From positions 1 to 64,000 of the IMG/VR virus record IMGVR_UViG_3300037466_003456: a stretch of 64,000 nucleotides of DNA. One strand, written 5' to 3'. This document shows positions 1 through 8,936 of the stretch, piece after piece (position 1 is the stretch's first letter; every line of letters starts with the position of its first letter). The notes beneath the pieces are model-generated. The model saw only the letters and a list, made by a program, of their open reading frames with translations. It did not search any database and was not told the DNA's origin. The stretch comes from a virus. The position numbers and the translations under genes are program-made.

Positions 1-1
1 T

Positions 2-514
2 CCGGGAACACTAGAGTACAACTCTCGTGACAATGTGGCCAATAAAGTGATTCATGAATCCAAAGTCGTCCTTCGGATGATGAACAACCCGCCCGTTTAC
101 TTTTTGTTGAAGCGGAGAGTCGGCTATCCTTGCTCGGAATGTTGGAATCCTATCACGAAAAGAGTCAGTTATGCGAACTGTCCGGTTTGTAACGGAACGG
201 GAATCATGGATGGATATCATGCTCCCATCCCATCAAGGGTATCTCAAGATGTATCACAACTGACAATGGCATCTGGGGAGATGGATAGTGATCGAGTGAG
301 TTTATCACCCATTCGGGCATGGACGACCAATACGCCTTTACTATATCCAGAGGACATATTAGTCGATGTATTGAACCAAAGGTACAAAATCATGAATGTC
401 GCTCGAAGAACCCGCTCGAATTCTGTCATCCGTCAAATCATTGACTTGGCACCTTTGGATAAGGGTCATCCTTGTTATCAGGTGGAAGTGGATAGGACGG
501 TGAAACCTGTATGA
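2..514 (+). CDS. Probable neck/head-tail joining protein with Cys4 zinc-binding motif; probably 5'-truncated by the window edge
   Basis: The frame is open from position 2, upstream of the GTG at 35. Motifs CSECW...CPVCNGTG. Lies two genes upstream of the tail sheath. Confidence 0.5.
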   Translation, partial: PGTLEYNSRDNVANKVIHESKVVLRMMNNPPVYFLLKRRVGYPCSECWNPITKRVSYANCPVCNGTGIMDGYHAPIPSRVSQDVSQLTMASGEMDSDRVSLSPIRAWTTNTPLLYPEDILVDVLNQRYKIMNVARRTRSNSVIRQIIDLAPLDKGHPCYQVEVDRTVKPV

Positions 515-1164
515 GTGAGCGAACAATTTTCCCGGATTTAAAGTTATTTAAAAAGACCGTAACCGAACATTTCTTATTGTCATTGCAAGAGATTTATAGG
601 ATTCATCCGGTCTACCCCTATACCGATGACGAGTCTCCATATACCTCGATTCATATTAGTCCAACATACGCCAATATCACCTATGATAGCCTGCGCCCTC
701 AGCTATTAGTGAAAGTGGGTCAGTATGATATGGCGTTACAAGATACACTTGGTAACAACTTATATGAAGAGATTAGAAATGATGACGATGTAATTGGGGG
801 TTATCGCTCCCTTAAAAATCTATCGACGATGGTTACAGTTATGGTTCGAGCATTTGCGGAAGAGGAATCTTCGGATATTGCGGACGAATTAGCGGTTTTA
901 GGTGTGTATGCAGCTCACCATATGTTTGCGCAAATGGGGCTGAATATCAGAGGCTCCTCTGTCTCTGAAACGGTTAAAGTGGACAATCAAAATGATTACT
1001 TTCAGACCAACGTTAATTTTCAAGTGGATGTTCCTTGGCAATTCACAACCGTTAATCGTTCGGGAGCTACTAATCCGGACTGGGAAACGACCATTCCAGA
1101 AGATTTTATAGGCGTGTATCGTATGCCGGGTGTGTATGTGCATCCTAAAAAACTAGTAAAATAG
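511..1164 (+). CDS. Probable tail completion/terminator protein
   Basis: 217 aa, ATGA overlap with the previous gene, immediately before the sheath. Call is by synteny. Confidence 0.5.
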   Translation: MSERTIFPDLKLFKKTVTEHFLLSLQEIYRIHPVYPYTDDESPYTSIHISPTYANITYDSLRPQLLVKVGQYDMALQDTLGNNLYEEIRNDDDVIGGYRSLKNLSTMVTVMVRAFAEEESSDIADELAVLGVYAAHHMFAQMGLNIRGSSVSETVKVDNQNDYFQTNVNFQVDVPWQFTTVNRSGATNPDWETTIPEDFIGVYRMPGVYVHPKKLVK

Positions 1165-1169
1165 TCTTA
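1154..1169 (+). promoter_or_regulatory. Copy of a 16-bp motif TAGKWAWWTAGTCYTA (putative operator)
   Basis: TAGTAAAATAGTCTTA; related copies at 3379-3394 (reverse), 23150-23165 and 24200-24215. Confidence 0.4.
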
Positions 1170-1261
1170 TAAAAACAAGGTAATTGCATCTTTCATTTGG
1201 TGCATAAGTCCTATAAAAGCTATAAAATTAGATTAATAGTTGATTAAAGGAGGGAAAACGG

Positions 1262-2734
1262 ATGGCAAACAGTTATCGTGCACCGGGTGTGGACGTATTA
1301 ATCGAGCGTCAACAACTGGAGCAAAAGAGTACGGAAACAGCCTTTTTGCCTGTATATATTGGAACGGGTATTACTTCACGCGTTCGTAATATCAAAAAAA
1401 CAGATGTTGAAGCTGATGTATCAGCTTTTCCAGTCGTCACGCTTACTTTTGAATTAACAGGTGATATAAACACTGATTTGTTCGAGGACACGAAATTTAC
1501 TTTAGGCCAAGTCGTGGTATCTAGAGCGAGTGGCGGCGGTTCCGCTGTGGCATTAGAACCTTCGTCAGGGTATTCCGTTGAAAAGGATATTTCTTTTTCT
1601 GAAAGCGAAGGCGCTGCGACCTATGTGTTAAAAATCCTCGATGGTTCATTGTCAGCCGCTGATACGGCTTACGAACTAAATATTACAGCTGAAAATTCAG
1701 ATGATGATTTCCAATTAAGATTAGTGGGTTCTGAAGATCGTTTCTTCTCGCAAGATCTATTTGGTCCAGTCATCCTTGAGGAGAATGGCAAGCAATTCTT
1801 TAATGATATTGCTATTGCTGTCGAGATTGCTTTCCGCATGAATGTTCCGAGCTTCTTCTACTTAGAAGTTCCTCGAAACTATGGGGAATTGCCAACAAAG
1901 GATGATTACTCTACCGCCATTGAACAGGCTTATTACTACAACGATGCTTATCGGTTGGTCCCTTTAACCTTTGACCCAGAGGTGGCTAGTGCGTTAAACG
2001 GCTTTGTATCTGGTGTAAGTAACCCACTCGATAGGCGCGAAACGGTAGGATTCATTTCCTATGATCCAACCAACATCACTAAAATGAGTGATATTAATGA
2101 ATTGGTTCAAAAAGTTGGCGGACTATCTACCTCTATTGACAACAAACGTATTTGTAATGTGTTTGGCGGAAGTTCTGTGGAGCTAACGATTAGTGGTGTT
2201 AGATACGAATTGCCACAATATTTCTTAGCGGCAGCGGTAGCTTCATTGGATGCAGTCGTAGGGCAGGTTGACCCTCTTTCATTAAGAGAAATTACCGTTT
2301 TCGATAAAATCAATGGACCTCGATTCCGCCCGCGTGACTGGGATAAGTTGGCTCAAAAAGGGGTCTTCATCATCAAGAAAGACAATGATGGATCACCTGC
2401 GCAAATTCGCCACCAACTTACTACTGCTATATCCAATGATGCAGCAGATCAAGAATATAGCGTAGTTAAAAATTTCGATGTGGTAACGAAGAAAATCCGA
2501 GACCGTTTTAAACCATATGCCGGACAATACAATATCGAAGTTGGATATATTGAGAGATTGGAAGGTACGATGGCAACCGTCCGTCAGGAAATTATTGAAA
2601 ACAAATTGGCTCGCAGTCTAACGGTTTTAACACCTTGGACAGTCAGTAATTCAGATGGACGAAATCTAGTCACTCGTTTGCAAATGGAACCGGTGTTCCC
2701 GGCCAATCATTTGGATGTTTACCTAGTAATTTAA
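1262..2734 (+). CDS. Contractile tail sheath protein
   Basis: 490 aa; N-terminal YRAPGVDV and C-terminal IRHQLTT...YSVVKNFD are sheath-like; precedes a tube-sized gene; strong RBS AGGAGG. Confidence 0.8.
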   Translation: MANSYRAPGVDVLIERQQLEQKSTETAFLPVYIGTGITSRVRNIKKTDVEADVSAFPVVTLTFELTGDINTDLFEDTKFTLGQVVVSRASGGGSAVALEPSSGYSVEKDISFSESEGAATYVLKILDGSLSAADTAYELNITAENSDDDFQLRLVGSEDRFFSQDLFGPVILEENGKQFFNDIAIAVEIAFRMNVPSFFYLEVPRNYGELPTKDDYSTAIEQAYYYNDAYRLVPLTFDPEVASALNGFVSGVSNPLDRRETVGFISYDPTNITKMSDINELVQKVGGLSTSIDNKRICNVFGGSSVELTISGVRYELPQYFLAAAVASLDAVVGQVDPLSLREITVFDKINGPRFRPRDWDKLAQKGVFIIKKDNDGSPAQIRHQLTTAISNDAADQEYSVVKNFDVVTKKIRDRFKPYAGQYNIEVGYIERLEGTMATVRQEIIENKLARSLTVLTPWTVSNSDGRNLVTRLQMEPVFPANHLDVYLVI

Positions 2735-2750
2735 AAGGGGGGGAGTATAA

Positions 2751-3326
2751 ATGGCTGAAACTATCACTGTCCCAAAATGGGACTATCATGACAAGAATAT
2801 TCAGGGATCTATCGCACAGAAGGATTTTACTCGTGCAGACAGGGTAATCATCTTCACTGCCCCTACGCCAATCCCGGGAGCTGCCAATGAAACGATGAAA
2901 CCAATTGGTTTAATTCAGGGCATGACTCACCAAGAACAAAAGCAATTGCAAATGTTCTTTGAGCTAGGTTCAGACAACGCTATGATTATTCCTGGATTAA
3001 CGCAAGGTCAAATCAGTTTGCAACGGATACTTTTGAACGGTGTGAACTTTATCAACGCCATCTATCACGGAGTGAATCTAAAGGAATTACGAGATGACCA
3101 GATTCTTAGATCCATTCGGGATATCAACGTGCCTTTTGACTTATTAATCGCTAAGTACGCCGTTAACGATAAGAACGCCTCTTCAACCGCAGTGGAAAGT
3201 ACGCTGTTCCGCGGTTGTCAGTTAAGCTCCAGAAGTGAGTCCATCACGGCTGGAGGTGTGGTTGTAATGGAAAACGTGTCGTTACAATACGCATCGATTC
3301 CAAAAGTGACATATAAATTAAGCTAA
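2751..3326 (+). CDS. Tail tube protein
   Basis: 191 aa directly after the sheath; beta-rich tube-like pattern (IGLIQG...FELGSD...LFRGCQLSS...VSLQY). Confidence 0.7.
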   Translation: MAETITVPKWDYHDKNIQGSIAQKDFTRADRVIIFTAPTPIPGAANETMKPIGLIQGMTHQEQKQLQMFFELGSDNAMIIPGLTQGQISLQRILLNGVNFINAIYHGVNLKELRDDQILRSIRDINVPFDLLIAKYAVNDKNASSTAVESTLFRGCQLSSRSESITAGGVVVMENVSLQYASIPKVTYKLS

Positions 3327-3327
3327 G

Positions 3328-3356
3328 AAAAAAGGGAGAGCAATCTCTCTTTTTTT
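3328..3356. terminator. Intrinsic, possibly bidirectional terminator
   Basis: AAAAAAGGGAGAG-CAAT-CTCTCTTTTTTT directly after the tube stop codon. Confidence 0.75.
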
Positions 3357-3378
3357 ATTTTTTGTTTTATAATGATAC

Positions 3379-3394
3379 TAGGACTATTTTACTA
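3379..3394 (-). promoter_or_regulatory. Copy of 16-bp motif, 5 nt downstream of a TATAAT box
   Basis: Reverse complement reads TAGTAAAATAGTCCTA; TATAAT at 3368-3373. Confidence 0.4.
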
Positions 3395-3413
3395 GATTAG
3401 ATTAGATAAGGGG

Positions 3414-3851
3414 TTGGGGTTTGTGAGTTTAGTACGAGACGCGATTCTTTCAGTGGCAAGAGAAGGGGAAATCACCCACAAGTTTACAATTAGAGATTTA
3501 AACTTTGTTTTGAAAGGGTTAAATACGGAAGAAGCCTTCCTAGCGGACTCAATGGTGGATACCGCCTTATTGAAAGAGAAATACGGAGCAACTAATTTAA
3601 TTACGCTTAACGATACGATTCAAAAGTACAGAACAATTGCAATGGTAGTGTTAGCAACCAAGACCATTAACGGGCAGTCGCCAATTGATTACAGCTTACC
3701 ATTGGAACAACAGTTCAAACAGCGTATGGAATTAAGAGATGAACTAATGGCATTGGATTCTGCGATGATTGACCAAATCATCCGCGAATATAACCAACTT
3801 AATTTAAAGCAAGTAAAGTTTTATGAAAAAATAGACGAAAACTTGGACTAG
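3414..3851 (+). CDS. Tail assembly chaperone (G-like)
   Basis: 145 aa between tube and tape measure; call is by synteny. Confidence 0.6.
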   Translation: MGFVSLVRDAILSVAREGEITHKFTIRDLNFVLKGLNTEEAFLADSMVDTALLKEKYGATNLITLNDTIQKYRTIAMVVLATKTINGQSPIDYSLPLEQQFKQRMELRDELMALDSAMIDQIIREYNQLNLKQVKFYEKIDENLD

Positions 3852-3874
3852 TACTGGACGACCCAATATTCCGA

Positions 3875-4309
3875 ATGAGGGCGAAGGTGGCCAGCCGAGC
3901 AGGAGGTCACGTCTTCGAAGAAAAGTTCCTTCGTTTGGAAGGATTACAGTTAAACATTGCTTACCGACAGGCGTTAAAGGAAGAAAAGGAACAAGCGGAT
4001 TTAATTGGTGCCATCCACAAAAATTGGGCTGATCGAATTGATGATTCTGTGAGGGTTTTAATGATGTTCAGCAACCCTACTCTCTACAAAGCGTGGGAAG
4101 ATATGAAGGAGCTGGATAAACATGAAGCGGAGTTGAAGCCGGAGGAGTTCCCAGAAGTGTGGGAAGAACTAATGCAATTCATACCGCAGGAAGTAGTCAT
4201 AGAAGATATCAAGGAAGACCCGCTTGCCCATTTACCAGTAAATGCCGCATTAGAAGACTTTCTTACAGGGTTCGTGCCATACAAGAAACAAGTGAAAGAG
4301 GGTGACTGA
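3875..4309 (+). CDS. Second tail assembly chaperone segment (T-like), possibly reached by -1 frameshift
   Basis: Frame is -1 relative to the upstream ORF and open from 3827; no clear RBS before ATG 3875. Confidence 0.5.
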   Translation: MRAKVASRAGGHVFEEKFLRLEGLQLNIAYRQALKEEKEQADLIGAIHKNWADRIDDSVRVLMMFSNPTLYKAWEDMKELDKHEAELKPEEFPEVWEELMQFIPQEVVIEDIKEDPLAHLPVNAALEDFLTGFVPYKKQVKEGD

Positions 4310-4310
4310 G

Positions 4311-7301
4311 ATGGAAATGAATGACCAAATATTGAACCATATAATGAATGTTCAAACTCAATTGTTACAACAGATGATTAAAATGGAACAGGATCGGAAT
4401 AGTACAATCTCCCAACCTGCCACCACAATCTCGCCAGATACGGGTTCTTTCGGTACTCCATTGCCTAGTTCGATTGCCAGCCCAGTCACACCACCGCCTG
4501 TACAACATATGTCACAGCCCGGAACGCCTTTTATGTCAGTCAATGATCCAACTCGATATGGGACATACGCTGCGCCCAATCAGGGTTACTGGAGTCGTCA
4601 GAATCAAGCGGCACAATCAGGGTTTAGGAATTTTATCGGTGGAACGATTGATGAAATGAAAAATTTTGATCCCATGGGCCAATCCAGAGAAGCGACAGAA
4701 CAATATTTTGCTCGACAATCAAGAGGGATGCAGGAACAAACCGTCAATATACTCGGAGGAGCCATCCACGGAGCTGCCTCCGTAGGAAGTTTTTTCGTTC
4801 CAGGAGGATTGGCCGCTTCACTAGTTGTTGGTGGGGCTGTTGCTGGGGGAGTCGGTTTAGCGACGAATGCCATGGTGAATGGGGCAAAAACGTCACTTGA
4901 TTATCAAGAACTCTTGCAGAACAACAGTTATAAATTTATCAATGCGTTTGAGTCTACCTCCGATTTGGGCGGCATTGGGTTCGGCTTAAACGATAGACAA
5001 GAAATATCAGGGTTTTTGAGAGATTTATCAACGGATAAGTATCTTGATGACAATGAGATGATGAAAATCTTGGATGGGGCCGCAAGTAATAATTTGCTAA
5101 AGTCTGTCTCTGATGTAAAGAGTTTTAAAAAGAAGTTTACGGAAATCGTAGATACGGTCAAAGCGATTGCAGTTACCATGAACGAGAGCGTGGAGGAAGC
5201 CACGAAGTTTATGGGTGAGATGGAAAGGATGGGCATTTCCAACAAGGATATGAGTTATCTTGCCTCTCAATCCAAGGTTACAAGTTCCTTTATGGGAATC
5301 AGTTCTAATGAAGGGGCACAAATGATGCTTAATACCACGAACCAAGTGGTACAGGGAACAGCTTTAAATTCAAAAAATATTGCAGAAAGTACAAATGAAA
5401 CTGGTTTTATTATCAGCCGAATAGCGGAAGGTCCTTTACGGCAATACATCAAAAATAATGGTGGGGAAGGCAATGTGACTTCTCAAGTCGAACAGCTCAC
5501 GAGAAATTACGTGACACAGGGGGCAGGGCTAACATCTTTACTCGGATACTTCGGTTCTGGTTTTCAATACAACGAGAAAACCAGAGAATTCGAAGTCAAT
5601 GAAAAAGAAATGAATCGTCTGTTGAACGGTAACATGTCAAGATCACAAATGCAACAAGCAAGCGATTCATATATGAATTCGTTATCGGATGACGAAAGGT
5701 ACCGATTGCTCCAATCAGCTTCAACTGTGTTCAATAATTATGCGGACACTGAAACGATGGCACGGTTTATGCAACGAAATGTACAGATGCTGCAACAAGA
5801 GACGCCGATGGATGAACAAACTGCTTTAACGAATCTAGGTATGGCACAAGATTTGGAACAAGCTAAATTGTTGGAAGAATATATCAACAATGCCACTGAT
5901 CCAAACATATTGAAAGCCTATAAATCACAAGCATTGAAGAATGAGCAGGATTCCAAAGTGATTAGCGAAAGCCCGGGGTTCTCGAAGAGACTGAAATTTT
6001 GGTGGCAAAGGGTTTTTGAGAATCCATTAGGGGATAAAGGGCAGGCAGTTTCGGACTTCACTGGAGACTTGATGCAAGATTACCAAAAAATCCTGACAGG
6101 CATTGACGATACAAGTACGCTTGGCGGTGACGCTTCGCTAGAAAAGTTTGACCAAAAAGGATTAGAGAAAGTCCTTAAAAATAGCAAAGATTTAATGGAT
6201 TACGGTATTACAAAACCGGGAGAGGCAGACTTGATTAATCAGGATTTGGATGAATCTACATTTAGTTCTTTGATGAGCCAAGTTCAGAAAGGAAAGATAA
6301 GTGCCTCTGATTTAGACAAGGCTCTGAAGAACAATAAAGGCTGGATGTCTAAGTGGAGAGCAAGCATGCTGAAATCGGAAGCGAAGGGTACCTACGATGA
6401 CATGGGGTTACTCGGGGATATCAGTTATGGCATACAAAGAGGTATTTTATGGGCGTCAGATAAAATAGTAGGCAATCAAGATGATTTTATGGAAGGTGTG
6501 GAGGATACAGCCAAAAGCACTTTCGACGATTTTAAAGATCAGGAAAAAGGTTTGAATCAGCAGCTCAATAGGTTAGTCCTAGATGGAGGTTTGGACCCGG
6601 ATAAAGTAGACCAAATCGAGAAAGCCATCAAAAAAGGGGACATGGATAAGGTTCGCTCCTATACGAATAATCGGGAAGCCATTAATTTGGCGGACAAGTT
6701 TAACTCGTTAGGAGAGAAAGAAAATCAATTCGAAAGATTGACACGCTATACCACATCGATGACGCAAGCAGGGAGCCAGTTAGCCGGAGTCTTTCAGGCG
6801 AGTGGGGCGTTTGATGAAGAGGAAATCGATAGCATGTTTGGAAGTCTAAGGAGACGTTCCAAAAAAATAAGAGATAAAATCAAAGAAGGCGATATGTCTG
6901 CATCAGGCATGGCTCAATTTGACTCCGATACGATGGCTAAGTTTGACAAGATGTTTGATAACTTGCCTGATTCGGATTTAAGGAAATTAGCCCATTACCT
7001 GAATGAAAAATACGACGCTGGTTTAAATGAGAAAAATGTAAATGCAGATAAACTGCAAGAATTCCTCTTAAATACCGTTGTCCGAGACCAACACATCACA
7101 GAACCTAACAAGGGTTCCGGTAAAGCGGAAAGTAAAACAGATGAGGTCGCAAGCGCCGCCACCAAAGCGGCTGAAGAACATCAACAGGCGTTTTATTCGT
7201 TCTTAAATACTTATAAACAAGAAACTCAAATGATGAAGGATGCTGTTGAGGGAAGGCCAATTAGAAATACAAAAAGCTCAAGTCTAAGCTATACCGGTTA
7301 A
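4311..7301 (+). CDS. Tape measure protein
   Basis: About 996 aa, helical, with Gly/Ala-rich hydrophobic segment (GGLAASLVVGGAVAGGVG); canonical position. ATG 4311 follows GAGGGTG. Confidence 0.8.
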   Translation: MEMNDQILNHIMNVQTQLLQQMIKMEQDRNSTISQPATTISPDTGSFGTPLPSSIASPVTPPPVQHMSQPGTPFMSVNDPTRYGTYAAPNQGYWSRQNQAAQSGFRNFIGGTIDEMKNFDPMGQSREATEQYFARQSRGMQEQTVNILGGAIHGAASVGSFFVPGGLAASLVVGGAVAGGVGLATNAMVNGAKTSLDYQELLQNNSYKFINAFESTSDLGGIGFGLNDRQEISGFLRDLSTDKYLDDNEMMKILDGAASNNLLKSVSDVKSFKKKFTEIVDTVKAIAVTMNESVEEATKFMGEMERMGISNKDMSYLASQSKVTSSFMGISSNEGAQMMLNTTNQVVQGTALNSKNIAESTNETGFIISRIAEGPLRQYIKNNGGEGNVTSQVEQLTRNYVTQGAGLTSLLGYFGSGFQYNEKTREFEVNEKEMNRLLNGNMSRSQMQQASDSYMNSLSDDERYRLLQSASTVFNNYADTETMARFMQRNVQMLQQETPMDEQTALTNLGMAQDLEQAKLLEEYINNATDPNILKAYKSQALKNEQDSKVISESPGFSKRLKFWWQRVFENPLGDKGQAVSDFTGDLMQDYQKILTGIDDTSTLGGDASLEKFDQKGLEKVLKNSKDLMDYGITKPGEADLINQDLDESTFSSLMSQVQKGKISASDLDKALKNNKGWMSKWRASMLKSEAKGTYDDMGLLGDISYGIQRGILWASDKIVGNQDDFMEGVEDTAKSTFDDFKDQEKGLNQQLNRLVLDGGLDPDKVDQIEKAIKKGDMDKVRSYTNNREAINLADKFNSLGEKENQFERLTRYTTSMTQAGSQLAGVFQASGAFDEEEIDSMFGSLRRRSKKIRDKIKEGDMSASGMAQFDSDTMAKFDKMFDNLPDSDLRKLAHYLNEKYDAGLNEKNVNADKLQEFLLNTVVRDQHITEPNKGSGKAESKTDEVASAATKAAEEHQQAFYSFLNTYKQETQMMKDAVEGRPIRNTKSSSLSYTG

Positions 7302-7312
7302 CCGGTTCGAGT

Positions 7313-7344
7313 ATAGGAACGAGATCATACTCGTTCCTATTTTT
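7313..7344 (+). terminator. Intrinsic terminator
   Basis: ATAGGAACGAG-ATCATA-CTCGTTCCTAT-TTTT, perfect 11-bp stem. Confidence 0.75.
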
Positions 7345-7360
7345 CTAGAGAAAACAGGGG

Positions 7361-7666
7361 GTGACACAGATGGCATTAGCGGATCGCAAGTCTTATCAGA
7401 AAATGAAACTTAACGAATTAAATACTTATGATGTCGAAAGGACATTACGGGAGAATATTTATCAGCTGGAACAAGAAGATATTCGAATTCAAAAGTTGGT
7501 GGAATCGATGGTAGAAGAAGACATACCGATATCCATTATCTTGGATTGGATTCGGCAAATCGAAGATAACGCCGGAGAAATTGCCTATCTCAACTCCGTC
7601 CTGCAATTGAATGTGGGGAGCTATGACTTTACCAGCAACCCAATTTTTAAGAGAGGAGCGAAATAA
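7361..7666 (+). CDS. Hypothetical protein
   Basis: 101 aa ORF with RBS GGGGG, in operon orientation. Confidence 0.6.
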   Translation: MTQMALADRKSYQKMKLNELNTYDVERTLRENIYQLEQEDIRIQKLVESMVEEDIPISIILDWIRQIEDNAGEIAYLNSVLQLNVGSYDFTSNPIFKRGAK

Positions 7667-7668
7667 TC

Positions 7669-8922
7669 ATGATTATATATGAAGTGAATCCGGGCGACTT
7701 GCTCGGGGTATTGGCGGTGAAATTCAAAACCACGATTCAAATCCTAATGAATGATAATCCGATTATACCTCCTGACCAATCTCTAAAAACAGGATGGAAG
7801 TTGACCATTTATGAGCCTTTAGAGAATGCGCAGCGGTTTGCTGATGCCGCGTATAAACAAGTAGAGGATGCTCATGCATTAAGAACATCCATCGAAACCA
7901 ACGAATACTTGCTTGGCACGGATTACACTCCGGTCACTTATAAAAACAGAACGGTAAGTCAAGGGCAAATCGGATATTTAAAAACGCTTAAAGAAACCCC
8001 GCTTTTAGAATTGCAAGCCAATGGATATGTCAAAACAATTCGACAGGTTGGGGAAGGTGAATTGTTAAAAGTGTATGGTGTAGCCATACAAAATGAGGAT
8101 TCCATGTTTGTTGTAGATGCCTATCGATGGGTAACTAGTGACCCGGAAGTGGTTATATACGAAGAAATCCCCAAAGCGATATTGGAAGGAAAATATCGTT
8201 TAGCGAACTATACAACTGCTTATTCTGCAGACAATGGGAAAATGTCTGCTTTGAATAGTAGCGATAAATTAACCGCTGCCCAAAGCAATCTATTAACACC
8301 TCAAACTTGGATTGGTTCAGGAACACCGGTACCGCAAGAGGCACGAAAAACAGCGGTTAGCTCTTTTCCAACTTTTAAACATCCGGGATACAAACGTCCT
8401 GTCATGCAATTGAAGAATGCAAAGGGAGAAACAACAAACATCGAATTACGGGTATTAGGGTTCAATGCCAGCTATCAAAATAACGTACAGGCGAATATGA
8501 CAAACGCAGGATGGATGATTAATGTTCGTGCCTCCAATTTATCCACTTTAACCATAAGTGGAATCTTATTGGAGACGAAGGGTACCAACGAATTCGATAG
8601 TTTCATGGATAGGTATTACAAATATCTGACTGCCACGAAAACAGATGATTATTATTCAATGGGAATCTCTACTTTATTTTATAAACAAACGCAATACCAA
8701 GGAGTCGTGGTTGGGTTTTCCTATTCTGACCAAGAGGTGGATACCTTTCATCGAAAATATACGATGCAGATGCTCGTATTGAAGGAAAAACGATTAAGTA
8801 GTTCGGAAATAAGCGCCATTAAAACCGTTGTTTCCAGAAGAAACTTATCAGAAGCTGAATTTAGAAGCGACTTAGGGGCTATGCTGGCGAACAGCATCAC
8901 AGGAACCTACTATGATATTTAA
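7669..8922 (+). CDS. LysM-domain baseplate/tube-initiation protein
   Basis: N-terminal LysM motif YEVNPGDLLGVLAVKFKTTIQILMNDNPII; position after tape measure. Confidence 0.7.
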   Translation: MIIYEVNPGDLLGVLAVKFKTTIQILMNDNPIIPPDQSLKTGWKLTIYEPLENAQRFADAAYKQVEDAHALRTSIETNEYLLGTDYTPVTYKNRTVSQGQIGYLKTLKETPLLELQANGYVKTIRQVGEGELLKVYGVAIQNEDSMFVVDAYRWVTSDPEVVIYEEIPKAILEGKYRLANYTTAYSADNGKMSALNSSDKLTAAQSNLLTPQTWIGSGTPVPQEARKTAVSSFPTFKHPGYKRPVMQLKNAKGETTNIELRVLGFNASYQNNVQANMTNAGWMINVRASNLSTLTISGILLETKGTNEFDSFMDRYYKYLTATKTDDYYSMGISTLFYKQTQYQGVVVGFSYSDQEVDTFHRKYTMQMLVLKEKRLSSSEISAIKTVVSRRNLSEAEFRSDLGAMLANSITGTYYDI

Positions 8923-8936
8923 TGAGGTGCACGTTT

